A stretch of DNA of 64,000 bases, taken from assembly GCA_000004695.1 (NCBI GenBank), contig CM000155.2:992001-1056000 (forward strand), in the 5' to 3' direction. Below, in pieces: positions 26,381 to 39,785 of the stretch. The translations under genes and the position numbers were made by a program. The notes beneath the pieces were generated by a model. The model worked only from the letters and a program-made list of their open reading frames with translations. It did no database searches and was not told the origin of the DNA. How positions within the stretch are numbered: the stretch's first letter is position 1; each line of letters begins with the position of its first letter. The DNA is from Dictyostelium discoideum. Lineage: Eukaryota.

Positions 26381-28982
26381 CTAATTGGGGCTAGTATAAA
26401 TTGGATTTTCACCACCTGATGGATTGCTTTCATAAAGTGGATTGGCATTTGATGTGGCCATTGTAACACCTTGACTTGCTTTCCAGTAGTCATAACCTTT
26501 CTTACCAGCAAACTAATTAAAGAAAAAAAAAAAAAAAAAAATTTTAATTAATAAAACTGTTTTAATAAAAAAATAAAAAAAAAAAAAAAAAATTAAGACA
26601 TACAATAAAGACACCAAGTGCAATTGCACCACCAACAGCAACACCAACAGCAACACCAACTGAAACAACAGCAGCAGTTTTACAAATGAATGGTTTTGGA
26701 TCGAAATCAACAGACTCACAAGTACCTTCTTCAGTTGCAGTTGCATTCTTACAAATACCAGCTTGACATCTACCATTATCAGCAGCACATTTCTTTTCAA
26801 ATTGAATACAACCAACTATTTCATCACATTCAGCAACTAAACAGAAAGCATCAGCTTTACAAACACGTGGTTCATATTTACAACCAACACCTGGAACACA
26901 TTTACCAACTTGACATTTACCTTTGGATGGACAAACACGTGGAGTTTCAACACAACCTTTTTCAGTATCACAAGAATAAACCATACAAACATCACCTTTA
27001 TCACATTCTGTGGTTGGTTTTGATGAACAATTACCATTGTTAGTGGCTTTATCAAGAAGACAAACTTCAGTGGTACATCTATTACCATCATCACATTTCT
27101 TGTCAACTGGATCACAATCACCAGTTACACCATTACAAATAGAACAACCACCACATTTATTTGAAAGAGTGTGGGTAATAACACCGGTTGTTTCATCACA
27201 TGCATCAATGGTACATGGATTTTTATCATCAATTTCAAGACTTGGTAATGGTTTACATGAACCATCTGCATTACATGATTTAATTTGACATTTGTTAAGT
27301 TTACCATCACATTGACAATCACATAGATTAGGTGGGATGGTTGTATTCTTACATTCTCCAGTTGAGACTTCACAGAATGAATTTAAACATGGATTGTAAT
27401 TTTCAGATTTTTGTAGACATCTTGGTTTCTTGGTACAACCAACATTTGGATCACAAGAGTATTCATAACATTTATCTTCAACACCTTTATCCAATTCATC
27501 AATACAAATTTTACTATTCTTGGTTTCACATTTTCCATCAACACATGCACCAGTTGAACAAACATCAGTACAAAGATTCTTAAAGATACAACCCAATCCT
27601 GAATCACAATGATCTTCTGCTTTACATGAATTTTGTGGAATACATTTTGTAATATTTGTTACAAAGATACCAGTTGAAACATTACATTTACCAGTATTAC
27701 ATTTATCAGTAACACTCCAGTCAGTTGGTGTTCTATCTTGATGACGACAATTTGCTGAAATATCTTTTAGATCAAATACAGCGGTTGGCTCTGGACAGCT
27801 AAAATTAATAAATTATTAATTAAAATTAATATTTATTATTAATTAAAAAAAGAAGAAATGTTAAATTTTTTAAAAAAAAAAAACTTACAGATCAATTGTA
27901 CATGGATTACCATCATCACAATCTCTTGTAACATTACAACAACTTAAACCATTACCAGTACATACACCACAGAAATCATACCATGGACATTGAAGTTCAA
28001 TTGTTGTTTCAATACGAATTGTTGATCTTGAAGTATGTCTTTCACAATAGAAGAAATCAATTACATAGAGTTTATTAACAACAAGACCAAGTTTAGTAAG
28101 ATCAATAGTTTTCTCTTGAGCAATATGTAAACCACCCAAATCTACAACCAACTTTCTATCAATGAATACCCAAACATCATCATCACCTACGAATCTAAAT
28201 GTTTCAAAACCTTTGTATGTGAAACGACTATTGGTAATTTTGGCACAGAAGTGATAATTATGATATGGTTTTGGATTTGCTTTACTTTCATCATCATAAT
28301 AGTTACGGAATTGTTGATCTACATCAAATCCTCTTCCATCAACTAATTTAAAATAAAAATAAAAATAAAGTAAAATATTAATATTAAAATAAAATTATTT
28401 AAAAATATTAATATTTTTATAAAAAAAAAAAAACAAATGATTTAAAAACTTACTTGGGAAAAATTCTTGATTATCATAAAAATAATTTGATTTATCATCT
28501 AAATTCATTGTAAGAGTAATATCTAATGGATAATTTTTACCACTATTGTTTCTATCTGGAGCATCAGAATTATCAGCGAAAAAGTATTTAAATAATTCTG
28601 GTGAATAAATACGACCTTGTTTATTGACAGTTGTAAGATTTGACATTGTGGTTAACTCTGGAATACCAGTGGTTTCATTTAGAATTGATTTTACAAGATT
28701 TACTGTTAAAACACCATTTTCAGGTTCAAAATTGTTATTATATTTTGGATGTTGATCGAAAATTCTTAAATTAAAATCTTGAGTTTCTATAATTTGAAAA
28801 AAATTAAAAAATAAAATAAAATAAAATAATTAGTAAGTTTCTGACTTTGATTTTTTTTTTTTTTATTAGATCAATGATTTTATATAATTATTTAATTTTG
28901 ATTTCATACTTTTCATTTCAACTGCTAGAGTGGTAGAAATAAAAAGAACCACACAGTATAAAAATATGAAAGTCTTTTTCAT
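26381..28982 (-). CDS. PA14-domain, Cys-rich type-I membrane glycoprotein (psi-family-like) with a cytoplasmic tail bearing two NPxY motifs; 5 exons: join(28982..28910, 28786..28454, 28342..27889, 27798..26604, 26512..26381)
   Basis: Signal peptide 'MKKTFIFLYCVVLFISTTLAV'. PA14 segment '..GDDDVWVFIDRKLVVDLGGLHIAQEKTIDLTKLGLVVNKLYVIDFFYCERHTSRSTIRIET'. Many CxxC / EGF-like Cys repeats. TM 'VVSVGVAVGVAVGGAIALGVFIVC' followed by GTATGT. The last exon reads 'FAGKKGYDYWKASQGVTMATSNANPLYESNPSGGENPIYTSPN*'. Donors are GTATGA, GTAAGT, GTAAGT and GTATGT. The total is 2187 nt. Confidence 0.7.
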
Positions 28983-29121
28983 TTTATTATTATTTTTGTG
29001 TGTGTACGTTTTTTTGGTGTGATTTATTAATTTCAATTTGTTATTATTATTTTTATTATTATTAATTATTATTTTTATTATTTAAATGATTGAAATTTTT
29101 TTTTTTTTTTTTTTTTTTTAT

Positions 29122-29156
<35 letters not shown>

Positions 29157-29933
29157 CTTAATAAATAAAATTGTTTTTTTTTGGTTTATTTTTAGATGTT
29201 AATTATATTTTTAAATAAAAAAAAAAAATTAATTGGTTTTTATTATTGTTTTTTTTTTTTTTTCTTTCATGTAAATAAATTAAAAATAATAAAAAAAAAA
29301 ATTAAAAAGTTAAATAGAAAAAAAGAAAAAATAATGATAAAAAGCGTTTTAAATTGATGATATGGTACATAATTATCACAATAAAAAAAAGAAATATTTA
29401 TTAAAATAGAAAAAAAACACACATTTAAAATAACCCCACTTTCAACCACCACCATCTTATTTTTTTTTTTACATATAAATATTTTTTTTTTCTGCAACAA
29501 TGATCATATCATTTTTGTTTGGGGGTTATTTTTATTGTGTGAGTGGGGTGAAATGTTTTTTTTTTTTTTTTTTTTTTTTTTTTTCTTTGTACAGAAAGAA
29601 AAAACAAAATTGGGTATTTAATATTAAAGAGTGTGGCATGGATGTTTATTATATTAATTCCGATAATTGAAAATTTAAATTAACACACACTCTCTCACTC
29701 ACACAAAAAATAACAACAAACAACAATAACAAAATAAAAAATAATAAAAATAATGATATTAAAAATACCAATATTTGCCAACCCCCACTGAAATAACAAC
29801 AACCCACACCTTTCTATATTAGATAGAAAGGTTCTATTTTTATCTACATCATAGAATCGAGATTTAAATATGATAAGAATAATCATATTGGTAATTTTTC
29901 TTTCCAACCGACATATAATCCACCAAATTAACC

Positions 29934-29964
<31 letters not shown>

Positions 29965-31223
29965 ATAATAAAAATAATAAAAAAAAATAGAAAAATATAA
30001 AATATAAATAAACAAAAAATATTTTAAATTAATAAGGACAAAGTACATTGGGGTATTTATTTGAATTTTTTTTTTTTTTTTATTATTTTTTTTTTTTGAT
30101 AATTTAAATATAGAAATGATAGAGAGGTTAAATAATGTTTTGCAATCTGGATTTATGGTGAGATATTGTGCATGTGTGTTTAAAATTATATATATTTATT
30201 TATATATTTTTTTTATTTTTTTTTTTATTTTTTTTATTTTTTATTTTTTCATTTTTGAATGGGTGGTGAAAACGCATCTTCACAAAACCAAACATTACAA
30301 AATTGTAATTCAAATAATATAAATCTATATTTTTTTTTTTTTTTAATTATTATTTTTAATTTTTATTAATAAATTAACAAAAAAAGTAATGATAATATTT
30401 TTTAAAAAAAAAAAGTCAATTTAAAAGATGGCGATGGTAATATTTTTTGTAAAATTCAAATAAAAAAAACAAAAAAAAAAAAATATTATTGAAAATATAA
30501 AAAATAAATAATATTTTTTTTATGTTAATTAACAACCAACCATAATATCGACTTTTTTTTTTTTTTATTATTTTTTATAATCCGATTTTTATTTTTTTTA
30601 TTTTATTTTCTTAATTGATTTTCTGAATATTTGTTTTTTTTTTTTTTTTAATTATTTATAAATGAATTAAATTTTATGCCTATATTTAGAATTGTTTTTG
30701 AAACCATTGAAAATTATTAAAAAAATTTATTCGAATAGATATTTTCAAATTTAAATTACGATTTTTTATTTTAGTTTAAAAATTGTAAACAATTATTTTT
30801 AACTAAATTAATAATTGTAATTTTATAACGTTATAAATTATTAATTATATACAAACACTTCAAAAAAAAAAAAAAAAAATATCAACAACAAGTTATTTTT
30901 TTTTATATTTAATTAAAGTTTTTGTAATATTGAAAAAGTAATTTTTTTAATTTTAATATAACTATTATAATTATTTTCTTTTTATTTATTTATTTTTTTA
31001 TTTATTTATTTATTTATTTATTTTGTGGTTTTATTTTTTAATTTAAATTAATAAAAAAAATAAAAAAATAAAAAAATAAAAAAAAAATTATTACCCATTG
31101 AAATTAATTTGTAAAAATACAATTATGTTTATTTAAATTATTTATTTAGGAAATTTTTTATTTTAAAAAAAAAAATAGTTATGATAACAAATTTGTTATT
31201 ATACATTTAATGATTTTGGTTGG

Positions 31224-33099
31224 TTAAGCATTAATACCGATTCCAATACCTAAACCAAAACCTTTTTTACCTTTATCATCACATTTACATTTATCACTAA
31301 CTACTCTTTCTTGACTGCAGAAACCTGTATATTGATTACAAACTGGTTTAAGACATGGGTCATTACCTTGTTTACATTTATCAGTTTTTATACAACCTTT
31401 GATTGGATCACAACTATAGGTTTTACATCTATCAAATTTATAACCATCAAGTTCTCTTTGACAATCATCACAATCCTTCTTTTCACAATAAGTTTTACAT
31501 GAACTTAATTTTTCACATTTTCCACATTGTGGTACTTTTGGAGTTTGTGTTGGTTTTGGTGTTGGTGTTGGTTTTAGTGTTTTTGTTGGTTTTGGTGTTT
31601 TAGTATGTTCAGTGCATGTTGGTGTTGGTTTTGGATGTTTTGTACATGTTGGAGTTGGTGTTGGTTTTGGTGTTTTGATATGTTCAGTACAAGTTGGTGT
31701 TGGTGTTGGATGTTGAGTACAAGTTGGAGTTTGTGATGGAGTTTCGGTTGGGGTTTGTGATGGTGTTTCAGTTGGGGTTTGTGATGGTGTTTCAGTTGGT
31801 GTTTGAGTTGGTGTTTCAGTTGGTGTTTGAGTTGGAGGTTCATAAATACAACCTGTATTTCCGTCACAGCCAGTATTAATTAATCCCTCTTTTTCAACAC
31901 AAATTGTTGCATTTAAAAACCAACTACCAGTGGTTGAATTACAAACACTTTCAAAACATTTATCACTTACTAATGGATCTGGAGTTGGGTGATGTTGACA
32001 ATAGAAACTAATTGGAAGACTTGGGTCAATGACAGTGTCTGATGGTGGGCAAACATCATTTGTGCATAAATCATCATCATTACAATCTGTTATTGGATTG
32101 CAACATGTACTACCATCACCATTACAAACACCACAATAATCATACTTATCACAATATAACTCTAATGAAGTTTCAATACGAATTGTTGATCTTGATGTAT
32201 GTCTTTCACAATAAAAGAAATTGAATGGATAAACTTTACCAACTGTTAAACCGAGTGTTGAAAGATCGACAGATGAAGATGCAGCTGGATGTGTACCACC
32301 CAAATCAACGACTAATTGTTTATTAATAAATACCCATACATCATCATCACCAGTGAATTTAAATGTTTCATTACCTTTAAATAAAAAACGATTATCAAAT
32401 TGAAAGCAAAAATGATAATTATGATATGTCTTATTTGTACTTTCATCATCTTTATAAATACGATTTGCTGGATCTGTATCAAAACCTTCATAATCAACTA
32501 TAGTTTAATAAAAAATAGTGTTTTTAAAAATTAGTTTTTTTTAAATAGAAAATATTCTTTTAAATAAAAAACAACTTTTAATTTTTAATAATTTACTTAC
32601 TTGGGAAAAAGAAATCATTATCATAAATATAATTACCACTTGCGGTTCTTAGTAATTTAAGTTGTTTTTTAATTGGAAAATTTCTACCACAATTGAAAGT
32701 TGTATTTGAAATTTGATTTGGAGCAAAGAAATATTTAAATAACTCTGGTGAATACATTCTACCATTTTTGTTTGAATATGTTAAATTTGAATATGAATTT
32801 AAAACTGGTAAACCATCAGATCCCAATGTTGTTTGAACTAAATTCTTTGTTAATGACCCAGTTTCTGGTTCAAAATTATTATTATACAATGGAAGTTGAT
32901 CATAAATTGTAATGTCAACATCAAGATGTGCTATTATTAAAAAAAAAAATGAAAAAAATAAAAAAAAAAAAAATTAGTTTTACAATATTAATTTTTTAAA
33001 AAATATAATTGAATAATAAAAAAACATACTTGATGGGGTTTGTGTTAATACAATAGTTTTATAAAATGTTAAAATAAATAAATAAATTAATAATTTCAT
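31224..33099 (-). CDS. PA14-domain Cys-rich secreted or surface protein with a Thr/Pro-rich linker, paralog of 26381..28982; 3 exons: join(33099..33030, 32930..32601, 32497..31224)
   Basis: Signal peptide 'MKLLIYLFILTFYKTIVLTQTPS'. Exon 2 '..NKNGRMYSPELFKYFFAPNQ..' and PA14 '..GDDDVWVFINKQLVVDLGG..VYPFNFFYCERHTSRSTIRIETS' parallel the neighbouring gene. Linker repeats '(PTETPSQT)n'. There is no TM; the C-terminus is 'GFGLGIGIGINA'. Confidence 0.7.
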
Positions 33100-35244
33100 T
33101 TTTTTTTTTTTTTTTTTTTTTTTTATTATATATTTCAAATGTTTTTTAAAAATTAATAAATAACCAAAAAATAAAAAAATGTTTTTAAATATTTATAATT
33201 ATTATTACTATTATTATTATTTGTTTAAAAAAAATATGGAATTTGAAAAAAAAAAAAATTCTTTTTATAAATAATTTTTTTATATTATCCAATAGAATTT
33301 TATTTAAAATAAAAAAAAAATATTTTAATTCTAAAATCGGCTCAATTGATAATTTATTGAATATTTTGATTTTTTTTTTAAAAGTACCAACCCACATACA
33401 TTAATTTGGGATTTATTATAAAAATAGTTTTTTTTTTTTTTTTTTATTTATTTTTATCTGCCTCTATATATAAAATATGTGGATTATCAATATGTTTATA
33501 CTTTAATTTTTTTAAAAAAAATCAATTTAAATCTCAATCAATTTGAACCACAAACCCTCTCTCTCCTTTCCTACTCTAAGAAATTGGTTTTAGAATGAAA
33601 AATTATATTGTAATTGAGCACACACACTCACTCTATATTGTAGGTGGTATAAAATAATAATATTATTTCATTTTTGATGTTTTTTATAAATTAATAAAAA
33701 AATTTTGTATAGTGTTTTTATAATTTTTATCTTAGTAATGTGGTAATAGAAAAAGAAAAAATGTGTGTGTGTTTTTTTGTTTTTTTTTTTTAAAAAGTAA
33801 AAACATAACAAAATTGTGTGTTGTTTTTAAATTTTTTGATTTTTATTGTTATTGTTTTCTTATTGTTATCATAATTTAAAATTATTTTTAAGGTGGGAGG
33901 TTTTTTCACCTCTAAAAAAAAATTATCCCTTATTATTAAATAAAGAAACCTTTTAAAACCGTTTAGCCCCTAATTTAAAAAAAAAAAAAAAATCCAAAAA
34001 AAAAAAAAAAAAAAAAAACCCCTTAAATCGTGTTATTGGTTGGTAATTGAATTATATTATATTTAAAAAAAAAAAAAAAAAAAAAATATTAATATAAAGC
34101 AAAGATTCAATTAAGATTTGATTATTCCTTTCGTTTTATAAAATTTAATAGATTAACAATGTGTTTTTTTATAACCCTACCCCCAAGAAAAAAAAAACAA
34201 GGAAATTAATCACACACATACACAATGCTTGTTTAAATTATCTTTGTGATTATTAAATCTTTTGTAATCTAAAACCTTTTATTTAATAGATAATTTTTTA
34301 TAAAAATCTAAAATATTATTAAATATTTTCAATCGATTTTGATCATCGATCATTATTAGATTTTGGGTCTTTATTTTTATTATTAATTTTTGTTTCTTTT
34401 TATTTAATTTAATTTAATATTTATTTTATTTTATTTTAAAAGCCAGTGATTTAAAGAAATTATTTCAAAAAAAAAAGATAAAAAATTAATAAAAAAAAAA
34501 AAAAAACTATATTAACAACTTCATGAAATTAGTAAAGATAAAGGTTTTTTTCATTGAAAATTTTAATTTTAAATTTTTTTTTATTTTTACTTTCAATTCA
34601 AATAAATCAATTTTATCTAGAAATATTTTTTTAAAAATTATTTTATTTTAATTTGACAAGATAAAATAATAATAAAAAAAAAAAAAAAAAAAAAAAAAAT
34701 TATAATTTAATAAAAAAAAGAAAATAAAAGAAAATTAAATTAAAAAAAATAAAAGAAAATAAAAGAAAAATAAATAGTATAAGATAATTCATTAATACTT
34801 GAGAGAATGAACAATTGGTTGTTTTTTTTTTTTTTCTCTAAATCAACAATGATAACAATTTAAAAAAAAAAAAATAAAGAATTTAAAATTTATTTTATTT
34901 TGTATCTTAATAAATTAATTTAGTATTTTTTTTTTGCTATAAAGAAATTTAAAGATGTAACTATCATTTCCAAAAAAATTTGAAAGTATAAACACAATCA
35001 AAGAAAAACAATTTTTTTTTTTTTTTTTTTTTTCAAGGAAATTTTTTCAAAAAATAAAAAATATCTTTTTAATGAGCTCGAAATTTATTTCAAGCATTTT
35101 CTTTTTTTTTTCCCATCTAATTTTTTATTTAAAATCAAAAATAATTTTTTTTTTTTTTTTTTTTATAATCTCATTTTTTTTATTTTTTTTTAAAAACAAA
35201 TAAAAAACAAATATATAAATATAAAAAAAAAAAAAAAAAAAAAA

Positions 35245-38001
35245 ATGTTTAGTAGTATAACAAGTAAATTATCAGCAATTTCAGGTGGATCAAGTAAAAA
35301 TGATTATAAAGAAGCAAATTATTATAATTATTTTAGAATTTTAGAAAAGAAACAAACTGAAGAGATTGCAAGAAAAAGATGTGGTTTATATAGTTTAAAA
35401 AATCATAATAATGTATTTGTTTTAAAAGAGTTTTCAATTGAAACTGAAATTAATGATTGTAGTTCAACATCAATTTGGACACAAAGCTATTCAAATGATT
35501 CAAATACACCAGTCGAGGCAAAGTATCAATTACCATTACATCCAACATCGGTTGTATCAAATTTTCAAATTGAATATCAAGGTAAAGTAATTCAAGGTAA
35601 AATCAAAGAGAAAGAGAAAGCATTAGAGAAATACAATGATGCAATTGCAAGTGGTGGTCAAGCATTTATGGCAACAAAATCAGATGACGGTTATTTCAAT
35701 TTAACACTTGGTAATTTACCACCAAAAGAGAATGTTAAAGTTAGAGTTGTAATCTCATCAGAGTTGGGTACACATACCGATGGTCAATTACATTATTGTC
35801 TTCATCGTTATATGTTCCCATCTTATGCATTCAATTTCAACTATAATGTAGTTTTAAAATTTTCAATTCCAATTAAATCGATTGATTGTGATGGTTTTGA
35901 TGTAAATGTAAATTATAAAGAGAATTCAAGTAAAAAAGAAGCAAAAATCACATCAAAATCACAGCATACAAGTGGTGTTAAAAAGAATATAATTTTAATT
36001 ATTCAACCTGTTGAGCTAAATGAACCAAAATCCATGATTGAATATATTGGTGGTGGCGATGATAAATCTTATGCAACAGCAATTAATTTTTATCCATCAT
36101 TCAAGAATGTTAATCCAGATGAAGTTTATCAAAAGAGTGAATTTATTTTCTTAATTGATTGTTCTGGTTCAATGAGTGGTCAATCGATTAATAAAGCTAG
36201 ACGTGCTATGGAAATTATTATTAGATCATTGAATGAACAACATAAAGTAAATATCTATTGTTTTGGTTCATCTTTTAATAAGGTATTCGATAAATCAAGA
36301 GTTTACAATGATGAAACCTTAGAGATTGCAGGTTCATTTGTTGAGAAAATTTCAGCAAATTTGGGTGGCACAGAATTATTACCACCAATGGTTGATATTC
36401 TTTCCTCTCCAAATGATCCAGAGTATCCAAGACAAGTTTTCATTCTAACCGACGGTGAAATCTCTGAAAGGGATAAATTAATTGATTATGTAGCAAAGGA
36501 AGCAAATACAACTCGTATCTTCACCTATGGTATTGGTGCTAGTGTCGATCAAGAATTGGTTATTGGTCTTTCAAAAGCATGTAAAGGTTATTATGAAATG
36601 ATCAAAGAGACTACCAATATGGAGAAACAAGTAATGAAGTTATTAAATGTTGCATTTGAACCAATGCTTTCAAATATTAAATTGGATTGGTCATCATGTG
36701 GTCTTGTTGATGTCATTCAAGCACCTTCTCACATTAGACCACTTTTCAATCAAGAGAGAATGATGATCTATTCAATGATACCATCAAATCAAACCAATCA
36801 AGATATCATCAATGCCTCTATTGAGACTTCAAAACCATTAATAATCACTTTAACTGGTGATGGTCCAAAAGGTAATGTTTTATCATTCCCAATCACTTTA
36901 GATTTTAAAAATGATCTTTCTACAAATTCAAATCAAATTCATACTCTAGCTGCTTTTAAACATATTCAAGATCTTGAAGAAAGTGAAAGAAAAGAAAAGA
37001 AGGATAATAAAGATAAAATCGTTGAATTGGGTAAGAAATATGGTTTAGTTTCAAAACATACCTCTTATATTGTTACCGCTGATTCTGATAATGTCACTGA
37101 AGAAACAATGAAAACTGTTGACATTATGAATCAATCACCTCCTATTCGTCCTGGTGGTCGTATTGTTTCTAGAGGTGGTGGTAGAAGTGGTGCTAGTGGT
37201 GCTTTATCTTCAAGTATTTTGTCAAGAAAACGTTCATCCTCCCCATCTACTGCTACTAAACGATCTTCTTCATCTTCATTTTCATCTTCATATTTATCTT
37301 TATCATCTTCATCCCAAAAGAAGAAAAAAGAAGTTAGTAGAAGTGATGATGATGACGATGATGAAAAAATAGAAAATTGTGTTGAAAGTTATGAAAGTGA
37401 CGGAGGTGATCAATCAAGTGAACAAGATGAAGAAGAAGAAGACGATTGTGATGATTTCCATGAAGATCTAGACGAAGATTTAGGTGCTACCGCAATGGAT
37501 GTTGATAAAAAAGAATGTGAAAAAGAATGTAAAAAGAAAGATTCTTCAAAAGTTGACCTTAAAGTCAAACCTTCAAAAGTACCTCTACCATCAAGATCAC
37601 CTTCAGTTTCAAAACCAACAACAACATCACTACTTTCTCCATCTCCAAAATCAGCACCATCAGCACCATCACAACAAAAATCAGTTAAAAGTACTGGTGA
37701 TTTATTAATTGATTTATTAAAAATTCAAAAATCAAATGGTTCTTGGACAAAATCTTCTATTGATCAATTGAAAATCCCAACTGACAAAGCACCTGCCGAA
37801 TTATCAACTACTGAATTAAATGACATTTGGGTAACCATTATCGTTATTGCAAAGATTGTAAAATTCTTCTCATCTGAAAAAGCTCAATATGAACTTGCAA
37901 TTCAAAAATCAACAAGATGGGTAAAACTTCAATTATCGAAATTAAATCTTCCTGAAAATACTTTTGATAAATTTTTATCAAACGCTAAATCATTAGTTTA
38001 A
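35245..38001 (+). CDS. VIT + von Willebrand factor A domain protein (VWA5A / ITI-heavy-chain-like)
   Basis: VIT N-terminus ('..NYFRILEKK..VEAKYQLPLHPTSVVSNFQIEYQGKVIQGKIKEKEKALEKYNDAIASGGQAF..'). VWA MIDAS 'FIFLIDCSGSMSG'. Acidic/Ser-rich linker. Conserved C-terminal block shared with 54109..56990. Confidence 0.8.
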   Translation: MFSSITSKLSAISGGSSKNDYKEANYYNYFRILEKKQTEEIARKRCGLYSLKNHNNVFVLKEFSIETEINDCSSTSIWTQSYSNDSNTPVEAKYQLPLHPTSVVSNFQIEYQGKVIQGKIKEKEKALEKYNDAIASGGQAFMATKSDDGYFNLTLGNLPPKENVKVRVVISSELGTHTDGQLHYCLHRYMFPSYAFNFNYNVVLKFSIPIKSIDCDGFDVNVNYKENSSKKEAKITSKSQHTSGVKKNIILIIQPVELNEPKSMIEYIGGGDDKSYATAINFYPSFKNVNPDEVYQKSEFIFLIDCSGSMSGQSINKARRAMEIIIRSLNEQHKVNIYCFGSSFNKVFDKSRVYNDETLEIAGSFVEKISANLGGTELLPPMVDILSSPNDPEYPRQVFILTDGEISERDKLIDYVAKEANTTRIFTYGIGASVDQELVIGLSKACKGYYEMIKETTNMEKQVMKLLNVAFEPMLSNIKLDWSSCGLVDVIQAPSHIRPLFNQERMMIYSMIPSNQTNQDIINASIETSKPLIITLTGDGPKGNVLSFPITLDFKNDLSTNSNQIHTLAAFKHIQDLEESERKEKKDNKDKIVELGKKYGLVSKHTSYIVTADSDNVTEETMKTVDIMNQSPPIRPGGRIVSRGGGRSGASGALSSSILSRKRSSSPSTATKRSSSSSFSSSYLSLSSSSQKKKKEVSRSDDDDDDEKIENCVESYESDGGDQSSEQDEEEEDDCDDFHEDLDEDLGATAMDVDKKECEKECKKKDSSKVDLKVKPSKVPLPSRSPSVSKPTTTSLLSPSPKSAPSAPSQQKSVKSTGDLLIDLLKIQKSNGSWTKSSIDQLKIPTDKAPAELSTTELNDIWVTIIVIAKIVKFFSSEKAQYELAIQKSTRWVKLQLSKLNLPENTFDKFLSNAKSLV

Positions 38002-38029
38002 AAAAAAAAATTAATAAAAAAAAAAAAAT

Positions 38030-38076
<47 letters not shown>

Positions 38077-38927
38077 AAAGATTAAATAAAAAATTAATAT
38101 GTAACAAGACTCTATTCTTTTATTAATGAGAAAGATTGAATTTTGAAAAACATGTGTCATTTTTATTTTATTAATAATTAAATTAATGTTTTTTTTTTTT
38201 TTTATTTTTTAAATTTTTATTTTTAAACTTTAATTCTAATATAAAATCTTTTTTTTTTTTTTTTTTTTTATTATTATTATTGTAATTTTATTTGTTTTCT
38301 TTTTAATATTTATTATAAATAATAATTCAGTTTATGAAAAAGAAAAGGTAGAAACAGATTTAGATAATAGAATTCCTTCACTTGATGTTTTTAATATGGA
38401 TGGTTCAAGATATGTTGATATTTCTAAAATGAGTTCCAATGAAGAGAAATTAGCTTTTATTAGAAATGTAAGTCGTTGTCGGTGTTGTTGTTCACTTGAA
38501 AATATTTTTAATTTTAATCATAATTTTTAAAATAATTGGTAATAATTAAATCTCTCTATAATTTTTAATAATTATTTTTATATATTTAAAATATTGAACT
38601 TTTAACCAATGGTTATAGTGGATTCGTAATTGAAAAGTGAACTCTAAATCATTTGTAAATGATTATAGTTATAATAAAAATGAATTCTTATTAAATGGAT
38701 TGGTTATCATTAGTGAATAAAGATTTAATGGAACAGTTGTAATGGAAATGAATAGAATAATTTTAAATTGTTTCAATACATATGGTTATATTGATTCTTC
38801 AGGTAGTTCAGATGTTATTAATGAGAATACAGTTTAAACGAGGTTCTTTTAAAATTTTACCACCAATTTTTACCTAATTAATACCATAACAACCCGAGCA
38901 TTTATAGAATTCTTTTTTTTTACTTTA

Positions 38928-39039
38928 TTATTTATAATTTACTTCATATATTAATAATACACGTGTTGGAAGATGGTTCTTTTGAAATTATACCACTTCC
39001 AACACATGTTTATTAGTATATGAAGTAAATTTATAAATA
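38928..39039. repeat. Near-perfect inverted repeat (about 44-bp arms, 24-bp loop): predicted hairpin inside a compositionally atypical island (38290-39370)
   Basis: Arm 38928-38971 'tatttataatttacttcatatattaataatacacgtgttggaag'. The reverse complement of arm 38996-39039 is 'tatttataaatttacttcatatactaataaacatgtgttggaag'. Confidence 0.85.
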
Positions 39040-39784
39040 TCAAAGTTGAAAAAGCATTCGGTAAATGTACAAATTATTTTGGTAATTCTATAAACCTTGT
39101 TATTTAACTTGGTTCTCAAAGACTTACTGCGAGTGATATCAATTAATATCAAGTAACCTACCAAATATTAAATACCAATTGCAGGTTCATTATTTGATAA
39201 TAATAATAATAATGTTAATAATAAACCAAATAATCCAATCTACACCATCACCATCCAACCAAACTCACTATTCTTTCAAGATCCACCATTTCCAAATAAT
39301 CCTACTGCATTATTGAACTTTTTACAGTCAAATAAAAGATTGATTCAATTCCATTTCAATATTTAAATTAATTAAATTTTAATTCTGTTTATAATTTAAT
39401 GAATACAATATATACATAATAATATATTTAAAATAAAAAATCAAAATTATAAAATAATAAAAAAGAATATCTTTTTTTTTTTTTTTTTTTTTTACTATTA
39501 TATATTACATTTATCTTTTGTTTTTGTCTTTTATGAATCACTTGATTTCCTAATGATATAAATGACCCCTCACCATTTTTGAATTCACAAAATTTGTATT
39601 TTTTTTAGTTTTTTTGACTAATTATTCATCTTTGACAGAAATCAAAATTACCATTTTTTTAGTGATTAGACTACATCAAATAAGAAGGAAATTTGATCAT
39701 AGCGTGGAATCCAAAAAAAGAAAAAAAAAATAAACTTTAACCAAACACAACTTTGGGTGTGAGTTAACCAATATATTGTGTTTT

Positions 39785-39785
<1 letters not shown>

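Noticed and set aside
26513-27607. Multiple overlapping ORFs on both strands (26513-26815, 26690-27043, 26837-27121, 27010-27288, 27125-27373, 27332-27583, 27383-27607)
   Set aside because: They are alternative frames of the Cys-rich exon of the PA14 gene. Only the frame rich in C and G (EGF-like) is supported by homology to the paralog.
29267-30322. Three short ORFs in the intergenic region
   Set aside because: They are low-complexity F/I/Y-rich sequence produced by homopolymer tracts. A possible small exon at 30116 (MIERLNNVLQSGFM + GTGAGA) is too weak to call.
31311-32224. Plus-strand ORFs and the His/Gln-rich minus-strand ORF 31574-31867
   Set aside because: They are antisense or out-of-frame readings of the (ACC CAA ACT)n Thr/Pro linker repeat of the PA14 paralog.
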